Source: Octopus sinensis
Lineage: Eukaryota
Length of the DNA: 9,247 nt
Assembly (NCBI RefSeq): GCF_006345805.1
Contig: NW_021827973.1
Coordinates: forward strand, 1-9,247
Direction of reading: 5' to 3'
The notes beneath the pieces were generated by a model, which was given only the letters and a program-made list of their open reading frames with translations, had not been told where the DNA came from and did not search any database. Numbering within the stretch: the first letter of the stretch is position 1; the number at the start of each line of letters is the position of its first letter. A program made the translations under genes and the position numbers. Shown piece after piece: positions 1 through 8,340 of the stretch.

Positions 1-75
1 GCAAAGTCGACCTCGGCGGCGGAATTTGAGCGCATAACATAGTGACGGACGAAATACCGCAAATGCTCGGGACAT
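1..75 (-). mobile_element. tRNA-derived SINE family B fragment, cut by the window edge
   Basis: GCAAAGTCGACCTCGGC...GGAATTTGA matches 9170-9200 and the decayed copies at 2715-2875 and 7205-7313. The minus strand has a B-box-like CTCAAATTCC. Confidence 0.65.
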
Positions 76-210
76 GATGCAAGCAAGAGTTTTCGACTAT
101 AGTCTCAGTATTGGCTTGATCAATACATTGGAAAATGAAATTTGGTCGAAAAGAAACTGAGCTGGAATTCTCCGTAAATACTGTGCCGGTGTTTGTGTTT
201 GACTCGTGTT

Positions 211-932
211 CATGTGGTTTTCAACCGAGGTCTAATATGGCCCCTGAGGGTCCATATAAAATTTTGGAGGTGTCCATTCAACAAAACAGTAAATTGGAGA
301 TCCATAATAATATTTTAAAGGGCCTCTGTAACAAGTTTGCTTTAGATGTATACTCTTTTACTCTTATACTTGTTTCAGTCATTTGACTGCGGCCATGCAG
401 GAGCACCGCCTGTTAGTCAAGCAAATCGACTCCAGGACTTATTCTTTGTAAGCCTAGTACTTATTATATCGGTTTCTTTAGACGAACCGTTAAGTTACGA
501 GTACGTAAACACACCAGCATCGGTTGTCAAGCGATGTTGGGGGGACAAACACAGACACACAAACATATACACACACATATATACATAATATATATATATA
601 TATATACGTCGGGCTTCTTTCAGTTTCCATCTACCAACTCCGCTCACAAGGCTTTGGTCGGCTCGCGAAGACACTTGCCCAAGGTGTCACGCAGTGGGAC
701 TGAACCCGGAACCATGTGGTTCGTAAGTAAACTACTTACCACACAAGAAACAGCTAGGTTTCTTTCTCTAATATTTTACATTTTAATATTTTACATTGTT
801 CAATCGACACAAATTAATGTGTGAAAAACAAAATAAGAATTTTGGAAGCAATAAATATAAAACTAGTTTTTAAACATCGAATAACTATAGCAATCAAAAG
901 GGTCTTAGATACAAAATGTTTGAGAATCCCTG
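211..932. mobile_element. Probable hAT-type MITE interrupted by SINE A
   Basis: Imperfect terminal inverted repeats: CA(T)GTGGTTTTCAACC at 211-226 versus CAGGGATTCTCAAAC (reverse complement of 918-932), 11/15 matches, resembling hAT/Charlie CAGTGGTTCTCAA ends. The 8-bp flanks do not match, so no TSD is visible. Confidence 0.55.
351..744 (-). mobile_element. SINE family A: tRNA head, CORE-like CACCTTGGGCAAGTG, internal microsatellite, 3' block with (AAGAGTA)n tail
   Basis: The minus strand has a B-box-like GGTTCAGTCCC, then CACCTTGGGCAAGTG, a (TA)/(TG) tract at about 550-607, and a short tandem tail at 351-372. Collinear with 6017-6555, 7024-7179 and 8730-9097. Confidence 0.85.
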
Positions 933-1481
933 ATTTAGAAGAAGTAATATCCTACGCCTTTCCGCTTATAATTCCCGCCTAGAAGCCTATAATATTATGA
1001 AATATCATGAACCTTGTTCGCAAACAATCCTTAATTGTGAGGTCCTAGTTTTCAGCCTGCCAAGTTTGTTGGCAAATTCGGAACAAACTTCATACAACAC
1101 ATACTGTGTTGAGAATTACATTTTCCTATGTGTTATCTTTTTGAAGAAAAAAAAAAAATCAATAAAATACGATAGAGCATGATTTGAGAAGATTTGTTTG
1201 CTATATCTTGCAATTTGAATGTTCACCTATATGCCCTTCGTTTAGGTTGTATTATTTGCATATCGGATGTTATTGAGTGTCACGTGACGCCTTATTTTCA
1301 AAGACGTTCTTATCTCTGACGATTGCGTTTTTCCTTCAGACACATAGTATCGAAAATTATATTGCATTCATGAATTTTCAAGATGACAGGATGTAATTTG
1401 TGGATTACTTGGCTGCTATTTCTAACAGGACATGTGATCACGTAATGAGCATTCAACTGTTCGTTCTTATTTACAGTAAAT

Positions 1482-1737
1482 AAATGAAATAAATGCGCCC
1501 TTTTAAAGCCTAGCCAGGCTCATGGGCCCGGTTTCCCCGGTTTCAATGGCGTATGTGTTCCTCAGCTGGACGGGACGCCAGTCCATCGCAGCGTTACTCA
1601 TTTTGCTGAGTGGACTGGAGCAACGTGAAATGAAGTGTTTTGTTCAAGAACATAACGCGTCGTCCGCTCCAGGAATCGAAACCACAATCTTACGATTATG
1701 ATGCTGACACCCTAACCACTAAACCACGCGCCTCCAC
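1482..1737 (-). mobile_element. Full-length tRNA-derived SINE family C with target-site duplication
   Basis: A box TGGTTTAGTGG (within 1711-1727), B box GGTTTCGATTCC (1672-1683), (ATTT)n-like tail at 1482-1494. Identical 13-bp flanks ATTTACAGTAAAT at 1469-1481 and 1738-1750. Homologous to 7321-7530. Confidence 0.9.
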
Positions 1738-1788
1738 ATTTACAGTAAATGGAAAGAATAAATAAAAATTGATACAAGTTTTAATGTT

Positions 1789-1831
1789 GATGATGGTGGT
1801 AATGGTGGTGGTGGTGGTGAGAACGGTGGTG
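1789..1831. repeat. (GGT)n imperfect microsatellite
   Basis: Run of GGT/GAT triplets. Confidence 0.75.
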
Positions 1832-2714
1832 TAATTCGTGGCCCCGTATACATAGTTTAAAGGTTTTTTCCTCGCCTACGCCAGAACTAGAATGTTATTT
1901 CCCATTTTGTCCTTTGTCATTTATGACTGTAGGATGTGAATCCACTACTACGTCGATAGAATGCAATAGACGCTTCTATGATTGCCTTGTTTTCAAATGA
2001 ATGAAGGACATTTCTGAATAAACGTGTCATGTACTGAATAACGTATGCACAAAATTATCTATTAATTGAAATTTACCTCTTAAAGAGGAAGGGAAAGAGG
2101 GAGAAAGAGATGGGGTGGGTGGGTAGAGCGATCTCGCGGTAGTTGTGAGCAACTTTCAAAGGGAAGGGGAGATAATTTCAATAAAGGAAATTACAAAAAT
2201 TACCTACGTGCTAAGGCGAAAACATAATCTTCGTTTTCAAGCAAGGTGACCGCTTCGGACACGTTTTGGTTATCAACAGAACATAGTTCACTGAAGCCTG
2301 CTTTGAACAAAATGCAATGGTTTTAACATATCATAAAAGAAGTGTTTACTCTTATTGAGCAGACCCATGGTCAAACACATTCCAGTCCTCATTCTCCTTT
2401 ATTAAGTGTATCTAGAGCTATAGTATGTAATGTGCTTCTCCAACATTTAGGATTGTAGATGTGATTTGAGAGCGACTGGTCAGCTATTTCTATCTCCCTC
2501 GTATGACTACTTAGACTCCACTGGCGTGGTTCTTTAACAGACGGCAAGAATACAACAATTTATCATTTTACTGCTTCAAAAATAAATAAATCGTAAATGT
2601 TCTACATTATAGAAGAAAGCTTGAGAGAATTGTCCGCGTTAGGTGTAAATGTTGCTAATAGTGATTTTTAAAAATTTACGTTCAAAGCTAGCAGTTTTGA
2701 AGAAGTGGTTCAAT

Positions 2715-2875
2715 TAATACCATCGAATCCAGTATTTGATTTGTACTTTATTCTATCGATCATAGAGGGATGTAAAGAAAATTTAGTTTCGGTGGGGTTT
2801 GAACTGAGATCGATAAAGAAATACCTACAAAGCATTTTTCTGACGCTCTAACTCTTCTGCCAGCTCACCACCGTC
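2715..2875 (-). mobile_element. Decayed SINE family B
   Basis: The minus strand starts GGTGGTGAGCTGGCAGAA and has a B-box-like CAGTTCAAACCCC. The body aligns loosely with 9101-9200. Confidence 0.6.
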
Positions 2876-2906
2876 TTAGTTGTGAATAATAATTGTCGTT
2901 GCTCAC

Positions 2907-3150
2907 GCATTCAAAAGGCATCTCAATAATGTTCGTAGTGTGATTGCGACGGCATGGGAGACGACAGCAACTGACCGCAAAACAATGATGGATCGCTATG
3001 AAGAAAGAAGTACATTCTGCAGAGTCAATTTAAATGAAACAACAGGAAGTGAAAAGAGAAAAAGCTAAAACAAGATCCTCTACAACAGGACTATCAACAG
3101 TAGGCTGCAATACTTGCGGTTAGGGTTTTACCAGTTCTTTTGTGTACGAA
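2907..3150 (+). pseudogene. Decayed RTE-like LINE ORF C-terminus
   Basis: Frame +3 gives FKRHL...AWETTATDRK. After a frameshift, frame +1 gives KQQEVKREKAKTR...CNTCG*GFTS. This resembles the WETLAxDRxxW motif, basic helix and CxxCG zinc-knuckle start of RTE-clade C-termini (recognised from recall). Confidence 0.45.
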
Positions 3151-3160
3151 AAGCAAATTA

Positions 3161-3516
3161 TCTCTCTATATATAAACGGCAGTTTGTCTGTGTGTGTTTC
3201 TGTGTGTCTGTTAGGTTGTACCCTCACCCTGATCACGGCTTTCAACCGATTCTGATGAAACATGACACACACATAGCCCAATGTCATAATTCAAAACTAA
3301 CGCAGTTCCCCCAGTTCTGAAAAAAATCGATAAATTCGACATGGGGTCGAGAATCAGAAACACAAACCACAGACTGTCTAGGGGACGCAACTCGACCTTT
3401 TTAACTAAAAAAAAAAATTACCATCATTTTTTCCCCATTTTTTGGCTATAACTCTCTAAAAATGCTTTATAGTTATTTCCCTTACAAACCCGAGCAACGC
3501 CGGGCGATACTGCTAG
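3161..3516 (+). mobile_element. Complete non-autonomous Helitron (356 bp)
   Basis: 5' end TCTCTCTATATATAAA and 3' end CTAG (3513-3516). GC hairpin CCCGAGCAACGCCGGG at 3489-3504, 8 nt before CTAG. Inserted between A (3160) and T (3517) with no TSD. Confidence 0.85.
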
Positions 3517-3775
3517 TCGTCGATAAAATCTTCACTGAAAAGAAAACAGAAGAATAAATAAATCTGCTATCAAGTCATATTCGATTACAAGTGATAGCCA
3601 ATAAGCCCGCACGTTTTAAACCATGAGCAGCACTCCACTTAACTTAAAATCATACCAAATATTGAGTCTCCGTATCACCGAGGGTCTCTTCTAACGGAAG
3701 GATACCCCAATACAGTTCAAGCTGCATCTTAACGACTGACCCTTCTCGTTAGGGGTGAAAGAAATTTAATTGACA

Positions 3776-4160
3776 CTCTTCAAAGTGCAAATAAGGCCCA
3801 CAGTAGAGTAATACTCAGATCTGACATGGTGCTACTGACATTCGCAGCTGTACGTATAGACGTCCTAGAGTGCATTCAGAAACGTGTCACTCAGTTGATT
3901 GACATAAAATCACTCCTAGACGCTGCTCCAATCCTTGGCCAACAGGCGCACACTCTTCATACTGTGCATTTTCTACACCTACTATAGTGACCTCTGCACC
4001 TTAGAACTGGACGAGCTCATGCAACCTCCACTCAGACATTCCAGTCGTACTCACCGCTTCTCTTAACACTCTTGTCGTATCCACTCCTCATCAGGCCCCA
4101 CATTGATTACTATGCCTAGTTCTTCGCTAGTAAATCTTTGGTGCACTATAAATCCCTTCC
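3776..4160 (+). pseudogene. Decayed non-LTR retrotransposon ORF2 C-terminus (CR1/L2/Jockey-like)
   Basis: Across stops and frameshifts: LFKVQIRPTVE*YS, DVLECIQKRVTQLI, LQSLANRRTLFILCIFYTYYSDLCTLELDELMQPP, DYYA*FF. These match the typical post-RT motifs LYKxxIRPxxEY, LxxIQxRA and LQSLxxRR. Confidence 0.75.
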
Positions 4161-4204
4161 TTGTTCCTTCTTTAATTCTGCTATTCTCTTAGTGGTTTTA
4201 ATTG

Positions 4205-4236
4205 TAGGACTGCGGCTATACTGGAGCCACCACCTT
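4205..4236 (-). mobile_element. Short remnant of the SINE A 3' block
   Basis: GACTGCGGCTATACTGGAGCCACCACCTT resembles GACTGCGGCCATGCAGGAGCACCGCCT at 385-411. Confidence 0.4.
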
Positions 4237-5030
4237 AAATTATTTTCAATCAGTTATGTTGTCGCTTTATAGTTAGAAATTGGTCTTTGATCGAGTTTGT
4301 AGCAACTGACCTTCCTCGGGTGTATCCTTTTCCATGTTTCCCCGTAGTCTTGCAAAGGTTCAAAAGGCGCATTGATGGCATCAGTCTCACGCGGAGGAGG
4401 ACTTTGGGAAATTATGGGCATTACCAAATTTCTCGACACAGCAAATAAAAGACCTATTGAGTATTAATCTCTTTATCGTTTGTTTGTTTTTTTTACCTTT
4501 TCAGTTTTATAACTAAAATAAGTCAGCCATCCTTCCATATATGAGCGTGGTCATTCAACGAGTTCTTCGGAATAATATCCTAATTTCCCTCACATCACAT
4601 TACGCCGTCTGAAAGAAGGAAAGAGACGTATGAAATAATGTTGTCATAAACCTCACACCCATAAAAGGAAAAAATAATACAGGACGAGTTTTTGACCTGG
4701 GGCTAAACAACAAAGAACAATAGTCAGTCAGGCAGGTATCTGCAGGCCAGTTTGATAGGCGGCCAGTCAGCATATATACAAGAGCAACTAAATCCCCAAG
4801 CAAACCACTGAACCATCTACCCCATCTATCTAGTCAAGTCAGAGAGATAGCAAAGCCGTCTTTTCAGCCAACCGGCTAACTAGCCAGTCAGCCTACAAGT
4901 CTGTAAGCCAGCATGACAGCCAGCAATCCAACCGAGTGATAGACATCAACTCGTACTCGTCTTGCTAGATGATAGAGAAAGAAACAAAGAGAACAGAAGT
5001 AATGAAAGATTATGACAAGTAAGTATGACA

Positions 5031-5223
5031 GTGGTGGTGGTGGTGGTGGTGGAGATTACGATGGCAGCCGTGGTGGTGTGAAAAGGCGTGCGAGAGCGTT
5101 GACGGCGGTGTATATGAATGAATGGAAAAAGGGAAGGGAAGGATGTGCAGAGTGCGTAAGTGCTGGTGGTGGTGGTGGTGGTGGTAATCGTCGTGGTGGT
5201 GGTTGTAGTGGTGTAGGTGGTGG
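5031..5223. repeat. GGT-rich low-complexity tracts
   Basis: (GGT)n runs at 5031-5051 and about 5164-5223. These explain the Gly-rich ORF 5012-5287. Confidence 0.75.
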
Positions 5224-5467
5224 GATGTTAAGGAGGATGGTCAGGCGCTGGCTGGGCTACAGAAGTAGTATAGCCTTGAGGGAATAAAAAGCAGGACGTA
5301 TACCCATTTTAGACTCTCACGCATATATACTTACGCATAAACAGACCACAGGCAGACACATGCGCATTCATACCCTCATTCATTCACACATGGTGCATAT
5401 GTAAACACACCACGCAAACACACTTCACTTGTACAGAACAGAGGGACTGGAAGTCGAGTCTGTCTAA

Positions 5468-5512
5468 AAATAAGAAAAGAAAAGAAAAGAAAAACAAAAA
5501 CGAAAAGAAAAG
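5468..5512. repeat. (GAAAA)n imperfect pentanucleotide repeat
   Basis: AAGAAAAGAAAAGAAAAGAAAAACAAAAACGAAAAGAAAAGAA. Confidence 0.8.
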
Positions 5513-5712
5513 AATTACAGGCCTGGCCAGGAGGAGAGATAAGAAATCCAGTTGGAAGGTGTTAGGAGTATAAATAAAGGGGGTGTGAAATGAAAACGAA
5601 AGAGATAAAGGAGGGACAGAAAGAGAAGGGAGGAAAAATAAGGTGTGGAAGAAAGAAAAGACAGTAACAAAGGAAAGTGAGAAACGAAGAGACAGAGAGA
5701 GTAAGAAGGATG

Positions 5713-5762
5713 CATCATCATCATCGTCATCGTCATCGTCATCGTCATCATCATCATCATCG

Positions 5763-5794
<32 letters not shown>

Positions 5795-5870
5795 GTCATC
5801 ATCGTCATCATCATCATCATCATTGTCATCATCATCGTCATCATCATCATCGTCGTCATCATCATCGTTG

Positions 5871-5912
<42 letters not shown>

Positions 5913-5924
5913 GTAGTAGTAGTA
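5713..5924. repeat. (CAT)n microsatellite with CGT/TGT interruptions, ending in (GTA)4
   Basis: About 200 bp of in-register triplets. Source of the poly-D, poly-M, poly-S and poly-H ORFs. Confidence 0.95.
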
Positions 5925-6248
5925 TACGGAATACAAATGTTTCTAACAGAGGTACAAGGGCATAAATATGAAAGGAGGTGTGTGTGTGTGGGGGGGGGGA
6001 GTTCACTCAATTAAAACTTTCTTTTATTTGTTTCAGTCACTCGACTGCGGCCATGGTGGAGCACCGCCTTTTATTCGAGCAAATCGACCCCCCCCCGCCA
6101 GGACTTATTCTTTGTAAGCCTAGTACTTATTCTATCGGTCTCTTTTGCCGAACTGCTAAGTTACGGGGACGTAAACACACCAGCATCGGTTGTCAAGCGA
6201 AGTTGGGGGGAACAAACACACACACACACACACACACATAAACATACG

Positions 6249-6366
6249 TATTAGGCTCGAAGCGTAAAAGACTTTTTTCTATTCCTGAGCGCTATACTAA
6301 TGCATTGTTTGTTGTACTCCACCTGCCCTTCGTCTTTTTATTTATTTTCATAAACTTTCCCTTTAT
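6249..6366. mobile_element. Unassigned fragment inserted in the SINE A microsatellite
   Basis: 118 bp between the (CA)n and (TA)n tracts, absent from the other two SINE A copies that span this position. Confidence 0.55.
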
Positions 6367-6420
6367 CTATATATATATATATATATCTATATATATATAT
6401 ATATTATATATATGTTATAT

Positions 6421-6487
<67 letters not shown>

Positions 6488-6492
6488 CTATA
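6367..6492. repeat. (TA)n microsatellite
   Basis: About 125 bp imperfect TA run. Confidence 0.95.
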
Positions 6493-6559
6493 ACGACGGG
6501 CTCTTTCAGTTTCCGTCTACCAATCCATCCACAAGCGTTGGTCGGCCCGAGGCTAATAT

Positions 6560-6797
6560 GTTAAGGCTATAAGAAACTAGTCTTGAAGAGCAAACGATCC
6601 ATAATGACGGCTAACGTAAAGGATAACGGTCTATATACCTATAACTGTATTAACAGTTAATAAAGGGAGAATATGAAACTTTAGCAAAGTTTCGGTGTAG
6701 AAGTATCAGAAAACCCATCCACATGGTATAGATGTCGTCCTATTGAGAGTCTTGAGTGTGCGAACCGAAGTAGAAGTTATCCAAATGAATGTAAAGT
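6560..6797. repeat. Repeat X, copy 1 (direct repeat of 7826-8061)
   Basis: Starts GTTAAGGCTATAAG and ends GAATGTAAAGT in both copies. The first ~65 bp and last ~39 bp are identical. Confidence 0.9.
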
Positions 6798-6801
6798 GTT
6801 C

Positions 6802-6830
6802 TAAATAAGGTAAATAAGGTAAATAAGGTA
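6802..6830. repeat. (TAAATAAGG)x3 tandem
   Basis: Three exact 9-bp units followed by TA. Confidence 0.9.
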
Positions 6831-6853
6831 CTCAATACATAGCAGAGTAATTA

Positions 6854-6982
6854 ATTTATTTTAAGAAGGAGCTTCTACAGGACTAGAACTGGTTCATTCA
6901 AATGAAATCATCAGGAAACCTGATGATTTCATTTGAATGAAACAGTTCTAGTCCCTGTATAAGCTCCTTCTATAAAATAAAT
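6854..6982. repeat. Long inverted repeat with hammerhead-like motifs (possible Penelope-like terminal repeat inversion)
   Basis: Arms at 6854-6915 and 6919-6982 with an AAA spacer, differing by 2 substitutions and 2 single-base indels. CTGATGA occurs on both strands (6920-6926 plus; 6914-6908 minus). Confidence 0.85.
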
Positions 6983-6984
6983 AA

Positions 6985-7021
<37 letters not shown>

Positions 7022-7023
7022 CG

Positions 7024-7179
7024 GACGGGCTCTTTCAGTTTCCGTCTACCATCCAGTCACAGGCTTTGGTCGGCGCCGAGGCTATAGTAGGAGACACTTG
7101 CCGAGGTGCCACGCAGTGGGACTGAACCCGGAACCATGTGGTTGGTAATCAAGCTACTTACACACAGCCACTCCTACGC
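7024..7179 (-). mobile_element. SINE family A 5' half with complete tRNA-like head
   Basis: The minus strand begins GCGTAGGAGTGGCTGTGTG and has a B-box-like GGTTCAGTCCC (7118-7128). It abuts a (TA)n tract at 6986-7021. Confidence 0.85.
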
Positions 7180-7204
7180 TTGGGTTCCATTTAAATTGAT
7201 CGCA

Positions 7205-7313
7205 GTATTTCCAGCCTAGAAGGACGAAAAGCAACTCTACCGCGGCAAGATTTGAACTTAGATAGTAAAGAGGCAGAACTCTGTAAAACATTTTGTCTGA
7301 GGTTCGAATGATT
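7205..7313 (-). mobile_element. Decayed SINE family B
   Basis: GAAGGACGAAAAGCAACTCTACCGCGGCAAGATTTGAACTTAGA aligns loosely with 9157-9206. Confidence 0.55.
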
Positions 7314-7320
7314 AAGTAGA

Positions 7321-7530
7321 AGGCTGTGGCTTAGTGGTAACGGCGTTGTACTCATGATCGCAAAGTCTTGGTTTCGATTCCTGGACATGATGACGCACTA
7401 TGTTTTTGGACGAAAACTTAATTTCACATTGCTCCATTCCACTCAGCTTGCATAAACGAGTAATCTTGCGTCGGACCGGCGTTCCGTTCATGAGGGGCGG
7501 GGGGGAATATATACGTCACAGGATCCGGGA
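7321..7530 (+). mobile_element. SINE family C, diverged, lacking its 3' tail
   Basis: A box TGGCTTAGTGGT (7327-7338) and B box GGTTTCGATTCC (7370-7381). The body aligns with the reverse complement of 1530-1730. Confidence 0.8.
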
Positions 7531-7825
7531 AGGTCATTTGATCCTTTGATCCTGGAAGAGAACAGATAGCATAAAAAAGCAGCAAAAATACAACAACAAA
7601 AAAAAACACACAAAAACAGAAGCCGATGAGAGCGATCGAATATATAAGACTTTGCGTAAATTTGCCAAGACTGAAGCATTGCTGAATACAGGAAAAAAAT
7701 CATCTACCGTATTCAATGTACTATGAAGGGCATCAGTATATCTTGGATGAATGACTATAACGGCACAGACACTTTACACACCACTCATTATACAAAACTC
7801 TCGGGTGCAGAGCCAATTCAAGAGA

Positions 7826-8061
7826 GTTAAGGCTATAAGAAACTAGTCTTGAAGAGCAAACGATCCATAATGACGGCTAACGTAAAGGATAAACGGGTCT
7901 ATATACTAATAACTGTATTAACAGTTAATAAGGGAGAATATGAACGTTAGCAAGTTTCGGTGTAGAGAAGTATCAGAAAACCATCCACATGATTAGATGT
8001 CGTCCTATTGAGAGTCTTGGAGTGCGAACCGAAGTAGAAGTTATCCAAATGAATGTAAAGT
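7826..8061. repeat. Repeat X, copy 2 (may continue rightward to the ribozyme)
   Basis: Direct repeat of 6560-6797. Confidence 0.9.
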
Positions 8062-8283
8062 AAGAATATTGAATTTCTAAATCTCTCGTAGAGACATGTA
8101 CGGTGGTGGGGCGATAGAATGGTTGTATACTGTCAATCTAACAAGAACGTGACAGTAGAGGGTACACCACCGCTGTATAGCCCTAGGAAGTATTGAACGC
8201 CTCCTGATGGCTTTGACACATTTTTCCCTGTTGTCCCTTATATACATTTACGAAGGGGAGACAAACACTCCCGGCTGCCGAAA

Positions 8284-8340
8284 CTGCATCTAGGGACACG
8301 TGTTTCAGGATCGTTGTCCTTCATCGGCCTAGAGTAGCAG
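8284..8340 (-). ncRNA. Candidate type I hammerhead ribozyme (U4C core variant)
   Basis: Minus strand reads UCUAGG-CCGAUGA-AGGA caacga UCCU-GAAAC acgu GUC-CCUAGA: stem I 6 bp (plus CUGC/GCAG extension), stem II 4 bp, stem III 2 bp with palindromic ACACGUGU, GUC cleavage triplet. Confidence 0.7.

Larger units (their letters stand above)
6017..6555 (-). mobile_element. SINE family A with an expanded and interrupted central microsatellite; head truncated
   Basis: 3' block at 6017-6248 and partial 5' block at 6494-6555 align with 351-744. The alignment stops at GAGGCTA, just before repeat X. Confidence 0.8.

Noticed and set aside
135-824. ORFs 135-386, 346-588 and 534-824
   Set aside because: They run through MITE, SINE and microsatellite sequence.
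1279-1288. GTCACGTGAC palindromic E-box
   Set aside because: Single motif with no promoter context.
1316-1365. CTGACGA followed by GAAA (similar core heptamers at 4088 and 1559 on minus)
   Set aside because: No stem I or stem II pairing; expected by chance.
2091-2123. G-run cluster, potential G-quadruplex
   Set aside because: Needs a long loop and lies in a purine-rich low-complexity tract; no supporting context.
3114-3320. 68-aa ORF and CTGATGA at 3252
   Set aside because: Lies mostly in the Helitron; there is no GAAA or stem arrangement for a hammerhead.
4254-4439. Minus ORF with a good donor-like GTCAGT (4310-4305), a possible exon
   Set aside because: No convincing acceptor and no recognisable protein. 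Needs RNA-seq or TBLASTN.
4482-4545. Strong polypyrimidine tract plus CAG acceptor-like site
   Set aside because: All downstream frames stop quickly and no clear donor follows.
5012-5287. Gly-rich ORF
   Set aside because: Explained by GGT microsatellites.
5384-6014. ORFs with poly-D, poly-M, poly-S or poly-H tracts
   Set aside because: All are frames of the (CAT)n microsatellite with low-complexity flanks and no domain.
7321-7395. Possible tRNA gene (also 1665-1737 and 7110-7179)
   Set aside because: A and B boxes are present, but each continues into a SINE body and no clean cloverleaf is evident.
7623-7655. CCGATGA-GA-GCGA-TC-GAA hammerhead-like string
   Set aside because: Lacks GAAA, stem III and an NUH site.
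6560-8061. LTR retrotransposon interpretation of the direct repeats
   Set aside because: No TG...CA ends, primer-binding site, TSD or internal gag/pol; the interior is SINEs and a palindrome.
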